NCBI GenBank assembly: GCA_902596165.1
Contig: CACJSU010000001.1
Span: 65,718-129,717, forward strand
Reading direction: 5' to 3'
Length of the DNA: 64,000 nt
Origin: an uncultured SAR86 cluster bacterium
Lineage (GTDB): Bacteria; Pseudomonadota; Gammaproteobacteria; Magnimaribacterales; D2472
Shown: in pieces, positions 1 to 9,128 of the stretch
Layout of the letters: each line of letters opens with the position of its first letter
How positions within the stretch are numbered: the stretch's first letter is position 1
The notes under the pieces: generated by a model
What the model saw: the letters and a program-made list of their open reading frames with translations, nothing else
What the model was told of the DNA's origin: nothing
Databases searched by the model: none
Position numbers and translations under genes: made by a program

Positions 1-1
1 A

Positions 2-1363
2 ACCATTGAAGCAATTGAAGATAGCCAATCCCTAGAAATCAAAAACTATATTGATGAAATTCAAATACCCAAAGGTTACTGGGCCTACAGAGATCCTGGC
101 AAGTGGATAGCAGAAAAGCATGGATTCTCTAAAGCTAAAACAAGTGTTACAAAGATTGGAGTCCTACAACAAAACTTAATTAATTCTGCTTGTAAAAAAA
201 TTATAAACGGCGACATAAGAGCAAGTCTTATTGTTGGAGGTGAGGCAAGGTTTAAAAAAATTCAGGCTCTCAAAGAAGGACTGGTTTTTGAGGAAATGCA
301 GCTAAATGTTAATCCAGATCATTATGTTAAAGCTAAAGAAGACTTATATGTTCCCGAGGAGCTTGAAGCCCTAGGAATGATGGCCGTTGGCTATTACGCC
401 ATCATAGAAAGCGCCATGCGTCATAAAAGCAAACGTACCATACAGGACCATGAAAGGTTTCTTGGTGATTTTTATGCAAAGTTTTCTGAAATTGCTGCTC
501 AAAATCCTCATGCATGGAATCAAAAAATTTTTACCTCAAAGGAAATTCAAAATCCATCAGCTAAAAACCATAGAATTGCCTACCCTTATAACAAACTTCA
601 TAATTCAAGCTGGAATGTGAATCAAGCTTCAGCTTTAATTCTTACCAGCGAAGAAATTGCAAATAAATTAAACATCCCATCGGCTCAACGAGTCTACCCA
701 TTAGTCTCAAGTGAGACCAATCATATGATTGGAGTGATTCAAAGACCTGATATTACACATCCTGTTGGTCTTCAATTGGCAGCTCAATTCTTGCTTGAAA
801 CAGCTGCAAAAAATAAAGTTAGCCCAACCTTGTACGAGCTTTATAGCTGTTTTCCTGTGGCAGTCCAACTATTCGCTGAATCATTAAATGTGCCTGATAA
901 TATTGATAAAACCATAACCGGTGGAATGCCTTTTGCTGGAGGACCTTTAAATAATTATATGTTGCATGCAACAGCACAAATGCTTATGAGGATCCGAAAA
1001 CATACAGATGAAATAGGTCTGATCACTGGTGTTTCCGGGATGATGACTAAGCAAGCTTTAGCGATATGGGGCAAGGATCCATTGATGGATTTTGAAGCAA
1101 AGGATGTTACCGCAGAGGCAGAAAAATTAGAAATTCCTATCCCTATGTCCGATCTAAAAGAAGGCAATGCCAAAGTGATTGGTTGCACTACTCTTTACGA
1201 AAAGTTAAATCCTACTAAAGCTATTTTTTATGCTGAAGATTCACAAGGCCGTCGATTAGTATTAACATCAAATGAAGAAAATATTATCAAACAAGTAGAG
1301 GAAGAAGAATGCGTAGGACTAAAAATCAATTTTTCAAACAAGCAACTGGTATCATTTGGCTAA
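2..1363 (+). CDS. thiolase-like (acetyl-CoA acetyltransferase / SCP-x type) protein, 5' end outside window
   Basis: The frame of the listed ORF 296..1363 stays open back to the window edge with no stop. The C-terminal half has a thiolase-fold pattern ([13 protein letters not shown]). The true start lies upstream of the window. Confidence 0.6.
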   Translation, partial: TIEAIEDSQSLEIKNYIDEIQIPKGYWAYRDPGKWIAEKHGFSKAKTSVTKIGVLQQNLINSACKKIINGDIRASLIVGGEARFKKIQALKEGLVFEEMQLNVNPDHYVKAKEDLYVPEELEALGMMAVGYYAIIESAMRHKSKRTIQDHERFLGDFYAKFSEIAAQNPHAWNQKIFTSKEIQNPSAKNHRIAYPYNKLHNSSWNVNQASALILTSEEIANKLNIPSAQRVYPLVSSETNHMIGVIQRPDITHPVGLQLAAQFLLETAAKNKVSPTLYELYSCFPVAVQLFAESLNVPDNIDKTITGGMPFAGGPLNNYMLHATAQMLMRIRKHTDEIGLITGVSGMMTKQALAIWGKDPLMDFEAKDVTAEAEKLEIPIPMSDLKEGNAKVIGCTTLYEKLNPTKAIFYAEDSQGRRLVLTSNEENIIKQVEEEECVGLKINFSNKQLVSFG

Positions 1364-2745
1364 TTGCCTCTTTGCAAATACATGCGGATTTTAGTCTAAA
1401 TCTGAGCATTAACAAACATCAAGATACCTTTGAAACCGCAGCAATGAAAATTTGGGATTGGGCTGAAGTTGGATATCAAGAATACAAAAGCTCAGAACTT
1501 TTAAAAAATGAATTGAGATCTAATGGATTTTCAATCCAATCAGGGGTTGCAGATATTCCAACAGCATTTATTGCAGAATATTCAAATGGAGGTCCAGTTG
1601 TTGGAATTTTGGGAGAATATGATGCTTTACCAGGCCTAATGCAAACAGCCTCACCCTTCAAAGAAATCAAGGAAGGCGTTGATGCAGGCCACGCATGTGG
1701 ACATCATTTATTCGGAGCTGCATCAGCTTGGGCCGCAGTAGCAATAAAAGAATGGTTAGTAAAGACTAAAACAAAGGGAACAATTAGGTTTTATGGAACT
1801 CCCGCTGAAGAAGGTGGCTCAGGAAAAGTGTATATGGTAAGAGCCGGATTATTTGATGATGTTGATGCAGTGCTTCATTGGCACCCCAGCAGCTCTAATG
1901 CAGCAAATGCTGAATCCTCCAACGCAAATAAGTCTGCAAAATTTAAGTTTCAGGGTATTTCTGCTCATGCAGCAGGCTCTCCACATAAAGGTAGATCTGC
2001 TTTGGATGGTGTTGAGGCAATGAACATGATGGTGAATATGATGAGAGAACATATTCCGCAAGAGTCACGAATCCATTACGTTATTACAAAAGGCGGATTA
2101 GCACCAAATGTAATTCCAGATATAGCAGAAGTTTATTACTATGTTCGCAATCCACAAAGAAAGAAAGTTCAAGAAATTTTCAATTGGGTTGTAAAAGCAG
2201 CTGAGGGGGCTGCCATGGGAACAGAAACAACCATGACTTATGAAGTAATGCATGGAAATTATTCAAAGCTTCCTAATAACACTTTGCAAAAAGTTATGCA
2301 TAAAAATTTGGTTGCTCGTGGTGGAATAAAATATTCAAAAAAAGAAAATGAATATGCAGAGACTATATACGCCACCATGGTTTCTCCAGGTAGCAAGATT
2401 GGAGATCAGGAAAAAATTAAACCCTTTAAAGCAAGTCACACTTATGGCTCAACAGACGTGGGAGATGTAAGTTGGGTGGTGCCTCAGGCAGGTCTCAGAA
2501 CAGCTACTTGGGTTCCTGGAACAGCTGGTCATTCATGGCAAGGTGTGGCTGCAGGCGGAACATCAATAGGGTTAAAAGGAACTAAACTGGCAGCTCAAGT
2601 TCTGGCAGATACAGCTCAAGATTTATTTAAAAATCCAAAAATCATTGAGTCAGCTCATGATGAATATTTAGAAAGAGTTGGAGCTAACTTTGAATATTAC
2701 CCCTTATTAGGGGATAGAAAACCGCCTTTAGATTATCGCAATTAA
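1309..2745 (+). CDS. M20 family amidohydrolase (AbgB / aminobenzoyl-glutamate hydrolase-like), secreted
   Basis: 478 aa. An N-terminal signal-like segment ([12 protein letters not shown]) is followed by metal-ligand motifs typical of M20D enzymes ([25 protein letters not shown]). A GAGGAAGAAG SD precedes the ATG at 1309. Confidence 0.75.
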   Translation: MRRTKNQFFKQATGIIWLIASLQIHADFSLNLSINKHQDTFETAAMKIWDWAEVGYQEYKSSELLKNELRSNGFSIQSGVADIPTAFIAEYSNGGPVVGILGEYDALPGLMQTASPFKEIKEGVDAGHACGHHLFGAASAWAAVAIKEWLVKTKTKGTIRFYGTPAEEGGSGKVYMVRAGLFDDVDAVLHWHPSSSNAANAESSNANKSAKFKFQGISAHAAGSPHKGRSALDGVEAMNMMVNMMREHIPQESRIHYVITKGGLAPNVIPDIAEVYYYVRNPQRKKVQEIFNWVVKAAEGAAMGTETTMTYEVMHGNYSKLPNNTLQKVMHKNLVARGGIKYSKKENEYAETIYATMVSPGSKIGDQEKIKPFKASHTYGSTDVGDVSWVVPQAGLRTATWVPGTAGHSWQGVAAGGTSIGLKGTKLAAQVLADTAQDLFKNPKIIESAHDEYLERVGANFEYYPLLGDRKPPLDYRN

Positions 2746-3647
2746 ATTTTGATCAGTTGATCTAATTTGCCTGAAAGGTTTTCGAGAAAATTAATAAATG
2801 AATTGGCCCTTACAGACAAGGGTTTTTCTTTGTTGCTGATCATGCATATTTTATAACCAATCGCTGGCTCAATTTCATGAATTGAGATTTTGTCCCCATA
2901 TATTGCGGCGCTGAAATCATCAATAATTGCATAACCAGAGCCTTTTTCAACCATGGCTTTTGCCACTTGAATAGTTTCAGTCTCTGCAATCCAATTGACT
3001 GTTACTCCTTCTTTTTTTAAAACGTCATCAAGATTATTTTGTGCTGCATTAGTTTTTAAATTTTTAATCTTTATAAAAGGTTGATTTTTAATTCCTTCCA
3101 GTTTGAAAATACTTTCTTTTGGTGCATTCTTGTTTGATGCTATGAGAACTAGCTTTCCTGAATGCAAAACAGTCTTCTGGAATAGATCAAAATCATTTGG
3201 GTTGAAACAAATAACCACGTCAAAAGTAAGCTCCTTTAATTGATCTTCAAGATCTAAGCTTTGTAAATTTACAATATTAAACCTAGTATCCGGATCAAGT
3301 TTCAAGTATTCATTTAATAAGTTTGGTAACAAGCCCAGTCCCAAGGATGGAGTGCAACCAATATTGATAGTAGATGAAGGATTGGAGACAAGATTTTCAG
3401 CAATATTGTTAAACTTTGAGATCTGCTGATTTACTTCAGCAGCATGTTTAAAGAGAATATCCGCCTCTGGAGTTGGCGAAAGTCGTCTGGCATGCCTTAC
3501 AAACAGCTTCAACTGTAATTTATGTTCAGCATATGCAAGAGTTTTGCTCACAAGCGGCTGAGAAACATTGAGAACTCTAGCTGCACGAGTTAAAGAACCC
3601 TCATTATATATATGATAAAAAACTTCAATATGTCTTGAACTAATCAT
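2742..3647 (-). CDS. LysR family transcriptional regulator
   Basis: 301 aa. It has the N-terminal wHTH (FYHIYNEGSLTRAARVLNVSQPLVSKTL) and a LysR substrate-binding fold. It is divergent from the TonB-dependent receptor gene. Confidence 0.9.
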   Translation of the reverse strand: MISSRHIEVFYHIYNEGSLTRAARVLNVSQPLVSKTLAYAEHKLQLKLFVRHARRLSPTPEADILFKHAAEVNQQISKFNNIAENLVSNPSSTINIGCTPSLGLGLLPNLLNEYLKLDPDTRFNIVNLQSLDLEDQLKELTFDVVICFNPNDFDLFQKTVLHSGKLVLIASNKNAPKESIFKLEGIKNQPFIKIKNLKTNAAQNNLDDVLKKEGVTVNWIAETETIQVAKAMVEKGSGYAIIDDFSAAIYGDKISIHEIEPAIGYKICMISNKEKPLSVRANSFINFLENLSGKLDQLIKI

Positions 3648-3648
3648 A

Positions 3649-3694
3649 GTTATTAAAAGTTATTTAATGTTATCTAAGTATAACAAATAGTTAT
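3649..3694. promoter_or_regulatory. phased GTTAT half-sites including a GTTAT-N6-ATAAC dyad (candidate LysR operator)
   Basis: GTTAT occurs at 3649, 3659, 3669 and 3690, and ATAAC at 3680. The first three are exactly 10 bp apart. The dyad 3669..3684 fits the T-N11-A type LTTR box. The sites lie in the 150-bp divergent region between the LysR and receptor genes. Confidence 0.45.
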
Positions 3695-3797
3695 ATATAA
3701 GGCTCTTATTTTTAGCAATAAAATTGACTAAATATCATAAAAGATTGCCCTCAACTGTTAATATTAAAGGAATAGAAATATTTATTTTGGGGAAAAT

Positions 3798-6770
3798 ATG
3801 AAATTAACAAATCTTAAATACGCTTTTGCTTTATTGCTATTGCCAACCTCTCTCACTGTCTTTGCTCAAGAAGACTCCACAAAATTAAGTGATGTTGAGG
3901 AAGTTGTGGTTGTGGGATCGCAAATCAAGGGGGCAAAAATTACAGGTGCTTTACCTGTATCAGTCTTTTCAGGAAAAGACATAGAAGCCTTAGGTGTTGA
4001 TGGTGGTGATGAGCTGCTTGAAAATATTGCTGAGCAAGGGCTGAACTACTTCAATGAAGCTGAAGATGCATCTGGTGGTGTGAACGCATCTCGAGGAGAT
4101 GTTGGGGCATATAACTTAAGGAATATGGGTGTTGGTAATACTCTTACCTTGCTTAATGGAAGAAGGCTCGTTAATAACGGAACCTATCAAACTGAATTAA
4201 TTGGTGGTGATTTTGTTCCTACAGTCTCAGTTAACTCAAACCTAATCCCAACATACGGAATGGAAAGATTAGAAATCTTGCGTGATGGCGCATCAGCTAT
4301 TTATGGCGCAGATGCTGTAGCGGGAGTTGTTAATAACGTGTTGCAAAAAGATTATGAAGGCTTATTGGTTAGAGCCAAAGTTTCTGCATATGATCACTTT
4401 GAAACAGAAGATAATACTTTTAATGTGAAATGGGGTTCTTTCTTTAATGATGGAGCAACGAATGTAAGTGTTTTCTTTGATCACTATGATCGAGGGAACA
4501 TTAATGCACAAGAAGATCCAAGATGGGGCGCAGGAGAACATAGACCATTTGTTGCTGATGACTCTCCATGGAAAACCAGTACTTCATTTAGGAATCTAAG
4601 TTCAAATTCAATCTATGGGCAATTTGATATGGTGAGCTCGAGCGAACATGCTGGAGAGAGCTACAATCATGTTTGGACTGACTCAAATGGTGAATTTGAA
4701 GTATTCCCGCTTGGTGATTCTAAATGTACAAATAGAGGACACCCTCTTTTTGACACTGGATTTGGCACATGTATTGCTCAAGATGGTAATGGAGCTCTTA
4801 GAAGCAACTTTTGGGGGCCAACTGATGTGAGATCACAACTTGTCAGAAATAATATGGTGATATTTATTAATCATGACATGGGAAATGGTGTTGAGTCTTT
4901 CACAGAAATTGGAGCCTATAACTCAGATAGTGATAGAACAGCTCATGCGTCTTATGCATTCTCTTCATCAAAACATAGGGTTGGTCCAGATAACTACTAT
5001 CTCAATCAACTTAAAGTAAATGTGGATGGTGTCCCTACTGCCATATTTGCCGGTAAGAATCTTTATATTGATAATTATCGCTATGAGGAAAGACAGAGAC
5101 TTGTAAATGTAAAAAAAGAAACTTACCGATTCTTACAAGGTTTCAGAGGTACTTCAGGAAATTGGGATTGGGAGACAGCATATGTTAGCTCAATTGCAAG
5201 ACATAGAGATGTAACGAGAAATAGATTATCCAATAATCTATTAAAAGCTGCTTTATACGACCCTACTCCAGCTGCTTACAATCCTTTCAGCGCAGGAGTG
5301 AACTCTAATATAGAAAGAGCATTAATAAGTGTTTACAGAAAAAATGAAAGCACTTTGGATATGTTTGATTTTAAAATGTCAAACGCATCCTTTATGACGC
5401 TTCCTGCTGGAGATGTTGGTCTTTTGCTAGGTTTTGAGTATCGAGAAGAAGAAGTTATTGATGACAGAGATCCAAGATTGGATGGAACCATCACTTATAC
5501 TGATTTCGAGGGTGATACTTATCCATTAGTTTCAGATGTTGTGAATTCATCGCCTACACCAGATGTTTCTGGTTCAAGAGATGTGACATCGTTATTTGCA
5601 GAGCTACAAATTCCTCTGACAGAATCAATCAATGCGCAGGTGGCTGTCAGGAGTGAGGACTTTTCTGACTTTGGTGATACCACAGTTGGAAAACTTGCCC
5701 TTGGTTGGGAAGTTGCTCCTTGGATGACATTAAGAGGCTCATTCTCAACAGCATTTAGAGCGCCAAATATAATCCAAATCAACGAAAAAATTGTTGCTAG
5801 ATCTGGAACAAGATACGACCGTGCCGCTTTTAGAGTAAATGAAGTGCAAAGTGTTGAGAATGTTATTGACTCTGACTCACGTTACACAATTCAAAGAGTT
5901 GCAACTGGAGCTGAGGGTCTTGAGGCCGAAGAATCAGACAACACTTCATTTGGTGTAGTTCTGACTCCAATGGATGGTTTGATTGTAACTGTTGATGCAT
6001 GGACCATCGAGAAGGATAAAACCATCGGTTTGTTTGGCAGAGAAAACCAAACTGTTAATGACATGCTGTTACGTTTTGCTAATGGTTTAAACAACTGTGA
6101 TACTTTTGCTGGAGACCCGCTTGTAGTGAGAGAGGCTCCTGACGCTGGAGATGCCGCAGGCTTTGCAGCTGCTGGTGTGTGCCCATTTGGAGACATTAAG
6201 TATGTAACAAATAACTATACCAATATGGCTCTTAGAACTATTGAGGGAATGGATGTAGGAATCTATTACGATATTCAAACTGATTATGGTGATTTTGATT
6301 TGAGATATATTGGAACTTTTCTTGATAAATTTGAGCAAAAAGCAAGTGGTGAATTTGCCGCATTACAAGCTAAGAAAGATAGTGGTGAAATCCCAGAATC
6401 AATTCCTTTAAAAGGATTTGGTGACTTGCTAGAAAAAGATGGGATATATGATAACAAGCACACTATTAGAGTATCTTGGGATAAAGGTCCTTGGGGCGCA
6501 AGCCTAACTGGATTAAGAAAAGGTTCATTTGTTCAGACTTCATTAGGGTTAAAAAATGGAGTGCCGTACTTAGTTCCTGAAATGACAACTATGGATGCAA
6601 CTGTTTCATATAATTTTGATCTAGGTGGCCACAAAGCAAGACTTAGGTTTGCTGTAAAAAACCTTGAGGATGAAAGAGCTCCCACTGCAGATAGATACTA
6701 TGGCTACTATGCAGATGCTCACTCAGACTGGGGTAGAAATTATTACTTAGATTTAAGAGTTACATTCTAA
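3798..6770 (+). CDS. TonB-dependent outer-membrane receptor
   Basis: 990 aa. It has a signal peptide ending VFAQ, a TonB-box/plug start (VEEVVVVGSQIKG), plug motifs (LRNMGVGNTLTLLNGRR, ILRDGASAIYGADAVAGVVN) and a C-terminal aromatic residue (RVTF). Confidence 0.9.
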   Translation: MKLTNLKYAFALLLLPTSLTVFAQEDSTKLSDVEEVVVVGSQIKGAKITGALPVSVFSGKDIEALGVDGGDELLENIAEQGLNYFNEAEDASGGVNASRGDVGAYNLRNMGVGNTLTLLNGRRLVNNGTYQTELIGGDFVPTVSVNSNLIPTYGMERLEILRDGASAIYGADAVAGVVNNVLQKDYEGLLVRAKVSAYDHFETEDNTFNVKWGSFFNDGATNVSVFFDHYDRGNINAQEDPRWGAGEHRPFVADDSPWKTSTSFRNLSSNSIYGQFDMVSSSEHAGESYNHVWTDSNGEFEVFPLGDSKCTNRGHPLFDTGFGTCIAQDGNGALRSNFWGPTDVRSQLVRNNMVIFINHDMGNGVESFTEIGAYNSDSDRTAHASYAFSSSKHRVGPDNYYLNQLKVNVDGVPTAIFAGKNLYIDNYRYEERQRLVNVKKETYRFLQGFRGTSGNWDWETAYVSSIARHRDVTRNRLSNNLLKAALYDPTPAAYNPFSAGVNSNIERALISVYRKNESTLDMFDFKMSNASFMTLPAGDVGLLLGFEYREEEVIDDRDPRLDGTITYTDFEGDTYPLVSDVVNSSPTPDVSGSRDVTSLFAELQIPLTESINAQVAVRSEDFSDFGDTTVGKLALGWEVAPWMTLRGSFSTAFRAPNIIQINEKIVARSGTRYDRAAFRVNEVQSVENVIDSDSRYTIQRVATGAEGLEAEESDNTSFGVVLTPMDGLIVTVDAWTIEKDKTIGLFGRENQTVNDMLLRFANGLNNCDTFAGDPLVVREAPDAGDAAGFAAAGVCPFGDIKYVTNNYTNMALRTIEGMDVGIYYDIQTDYGDFDLRYIGTFLDKFEQKASGEFAALQAKKDSGEIPESIPLKGFGDLLEKDGIYDNKHTIRVSWDKGPWGASLTGLRKGSFVQTSLGLKNGVPYLVPEMTTMDATVSYNFDLGGHKARLRFAVKNLEDERAPTADRYYGYYADAHSDWGRNYYLDLRVTF

Positions 6771-6789
6771 TATTTAAGCTAAAATTAAA

Positions 6790-6813
6790 GGGAGCTTTAG
6801 CTCCCTTTTTTTT
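6790..6813 (+). terminator. intrinsic terminator-like hairpin after the receptor gene
   Basis: GGGAGC (6790-6795), loop TTTA, GCTCCC (6800-6805), then T8 (6806-6813). It lies 20 nt after the stop codon. Confidence 0.8.
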
Positions 6814-6823
6814 ATAAAGATTG

Positions 6824-7687
6824 ATGTATAAATTTATTTTTACTTTTCTATTTGCTTCTATTGCCTGGAATGCAAAGGCTGATTCCCTTGAATACAAGTT
6901 TGACGGTTGGTCTGGTTCTGCTTTACCTGTCTATGTAGCCAAGCCTAATAAAATCAACTCAGCAACAAGGCTGGTGATTGTAATGCATGGACGAAAAAGA
7001 AATGCTGAGGAATATAGAGATCAATGGGTTAAAGCATCTAAGGAGTTAAATCTTTTAGTAGTTGTGCCTGAGTTTAGTGAAGAGAACTTTCCAGAGGTAT
7101 GGGGTTTTAATTACGGCAATATTAAAACCAAAAATCTTAAACCTATTACAAAAGATTTGCATGCATTTAGTGCTATTGAGCCTCTTGCTACAAATGCATT
7201 GAAAAAATTTAAAATCAAATCAAAGAGCTGGGGTATATATGGCCATGGTGCTGGAGCACATTTTGTACATCGGCTTGTACTTCATCATCCAGAGTTATCA
7301 TCCACCCTGGCAATTGCAGCTAATTTGGGATGGTATCTGTCAATGACTGATCAAGAGTGGCCTTTTGGTTTAACTAATTCAAATATAGATGACATCAAAC
7401 TAAAGAAAGCTTTTAGTAAGTATTTCTTATTAATGCTTGGAAGAGCAGACACCTCAACCAAACCAAATACTCCATACGTAGCAGATCATTGGGATATTAT
7501 TAATTTGCAGGGAGAACATCGACTTGCTAGAGGAAGAAACTTCTTTAAATCTGCAGTTGCGAAATCTAAAGAAGTTAACCAATTTTTTAAATGGGGGATG
7601 GTTGAAGTGCCAACCACCAAGGGCCACAGCAATACAGAACAAATGGTTCCTTATGCTGCTGAAATGTTTTATGCGAGACTAAAATAA
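6824..7687 (+). CDS. secreted alpha/beta-hydrolase-fold protein (PHB-depolymerase/esterase-like) with a Gly at the nucleophile position
   Basis: Signal peptide MYKFIFTFLFASIAWNAKA. The layout VIVMHGRKRNAEEY...LLVVVPEF...GIYGHGAGAHFVHR follows the esterase pattern, but the G-x-S-x-G elbow reads G-H-G-A-G (GGT codon at 7247-7249). Start taken at the ATG at 6824, not the TTG at 6821. Confidence 0.6.
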   Translation: MYKFIFTFLFASIAWNAKADSLEYKFDGWSGSALPVYVAKPNKINSATRLVIVMHGRKRNAEEYRDQWVKASKELNLLVVVPEFSEENFPEVWGFNYGNIKTKNLKPITKDLHAFSAIEPLATNALKKFKIKSKSWGIYGHGAGAHFVHRLVLHHPELSSTLAIAANLGWYLSMTDQEWPFGLTNSNIDDIKLKKAFSKYFLLMLGRADTSTKPNTPYVADHWDIINLQGEHRLARGRNFFKSAVAKSKEVNQFFKWGMVEVPTTKGHSNTEQMVPYAAEMFYARLK

Positions 7688-9123
7688 TGCAGGCTTACAA
7701 AAAAAGAGGTTTTTGGGTTGGATTAGCAGCTTTCTTTTTTATTCTTCTGACACCAAACCCAGAGTCTCTCTCACCAATAGGCTGGGCTGTTGCTGCAGTT
7801 ACTGTTTTGATGGCTATATGGTGGGCAACTGAGGCGGTTCCAGTAGCCGTTACTGCGCTATTACCATTAGCATTATTTCCAATGCTGCATGTAACTGATT
7901 TTAAAACAGCTGCCCTGCCCTATGCGAACCCAAATATTTATTTATTCATGGGTGGCTTTATTTTAGCCTTAGGAATTGAATCGTCAGGATTGCATAGGCG
8001 GCTGGCATTAAAAATGTTAATAGCTGTTGGAAATAGTGGAGCAAAATTAGTCGGGGGATTTATGCTTGTTTCTGCCTCCATAAGCATGTGGGTGATGAAT
8101 ACATCGACCACTCTAATGTTATTGCCAATTGGATTAGCCGTATGTTCAAGTGTTGCCGAAACTATTCCCAATTTTTCTGCAAAAGAAAGAAAAAGCTTTG
8201 AAATCTCACTTTTGCTTGGTATTGCCTATGCAGCTTCAATTGGGGGCATGTCTACTTTGGTAGGAACAGCTCCAAACATAATATTCGTCGGCTTTATACA
8301 AGAAACATATGGTATTGAAATTTCTTTTGTTGATTGGATGAAATTAGGAGTACCTTTAGCTATTCTAATGCTGGGTGCATCTTGGTATGCAATAACAAAA
8401 ATAGTTTATCCTGTTAATTTCATAGCTAGCATTGAAACAAAGCTACAGCTTCAAAATATGCTGACTGATTTAGGCCCTCTGGGTAGAGATGAAAAAAAGG
8501 TTTTAATCATTTTTTCTTTAGCAGCTAGCGCTTGGATGTTTAGAACATTGCTTGATAATTTTTTACCTTTATCTGGCCTAACTGATGCAGGGATTGCCAT
8601 ATTTGCAGCATTGAGTTTTTTCTTCATTCCTTCAGAGAATGCTAAGACAGATTTACTGACTTGGGAACAAGCTAATAAACTTCCATGGGGCTTGCTTGTT
8701 TTATTCGGTGGCGGGTTATCTTTAGCAGCATCAATTGGATCTTCTGGTCTTGGGAGCTGGGTTGGGCAAGGTTTAACTATCTTAGGGAATGTTCCGCCCA
8801 TTGTCCTAATATTAGCAGTTGCAACTTTAATTATATTCTTAACTGAAATCACATCTAATGTTGCAACCACATCAACATTTTTACCAGTGGTTGGGGCAGT
8901 TGCAGTTGCTATTGGAGTAGCCCCAGTAGCTTTAACAATTCCTGTTGTGTTAGCTGCAAGTTGCGCATTCATGCTTCCAGTAGCAACACCACCGAATGCG
9001 ATCGTTTTTGGGTCAGGCAAAATAACCATCCCAGATATGATAAGAGCAGGCTTTGCATTAAATATTATAGGAGTTTTCCTGGTTACTATATTTGCCTTCT
9101 ATTTAGCTCCAATGATATTTTAA
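7687..9123 (+). CDS. DASS (SLC13) family sodium-coupled anion symporter
   Basis: 478 aa and polytopic. It has typical DASS repeats (MAIWWATEAVPVAVTALLP, and the SNVATTSTFLPV / PPNAIVF hairpin motifs). Its start overlaps the upstream stop (TAATG). Confidence 0.8.
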   Translation: MQAYKKRGFWVGLAAFFFILLTPNPESLSPIGWAVAAVTVLMAIWWATEAVPVAVTALLPLALFPMLHVTDFKTAALPYANPNIYLFMGGFILALGIESSGLHRRLALKMLIAVGNSGAKLVGGFMLVSASISMWVMNTSTTLMLLPIGLAVCSSVAETIPNFSAKERKSFEISLLLGIAYAASIGGMSTLVGTAPNIIFVGFIQETYGIEISFVDWMKLGVPLAILMLGASWYAITKIVYPVNFIASIETKLQLQNMLTDLGPLGRDEKKVLIIFSLAASAWMFRTLLDNFLPLSGLTDAGIAIFAALSFFFIPSENAKTDLLTWEQANKLPWGLLVLFGGGLSLAASIGSSGLGSWVGQGLTILGNVPPIVLILAVATLIIFLTEITSNVATTSTFLPVVGAVAVAIGVAPVALTIPVVLAASCAFMLPVATPPNAIVFGSGKITIPDMIRAGFALNIIGVFLVTIFAFYLAPMIF

Positions 9124-9128
9124 AATCT

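Noticed and set aside
8451-9029. A 192-aa minus-strand ORF inside the DASS symporter gene.
   Set aside because: It is antisense to a well-supported polytopic transporter gene. Its low-complexity Ala/Thr/Gly/Pro composition is what the opposite strand of a hydrophobic-protein gene yields. It has no start context and no motif.
8961-9128. A 56-codon N-terminal extension of ggt in the ORF track.
   Set aside because: The extension lies inside the DASS gene in another frame. A canonical signal peptide begins at the ATG at 9129, 6 nt after the DASS stop.
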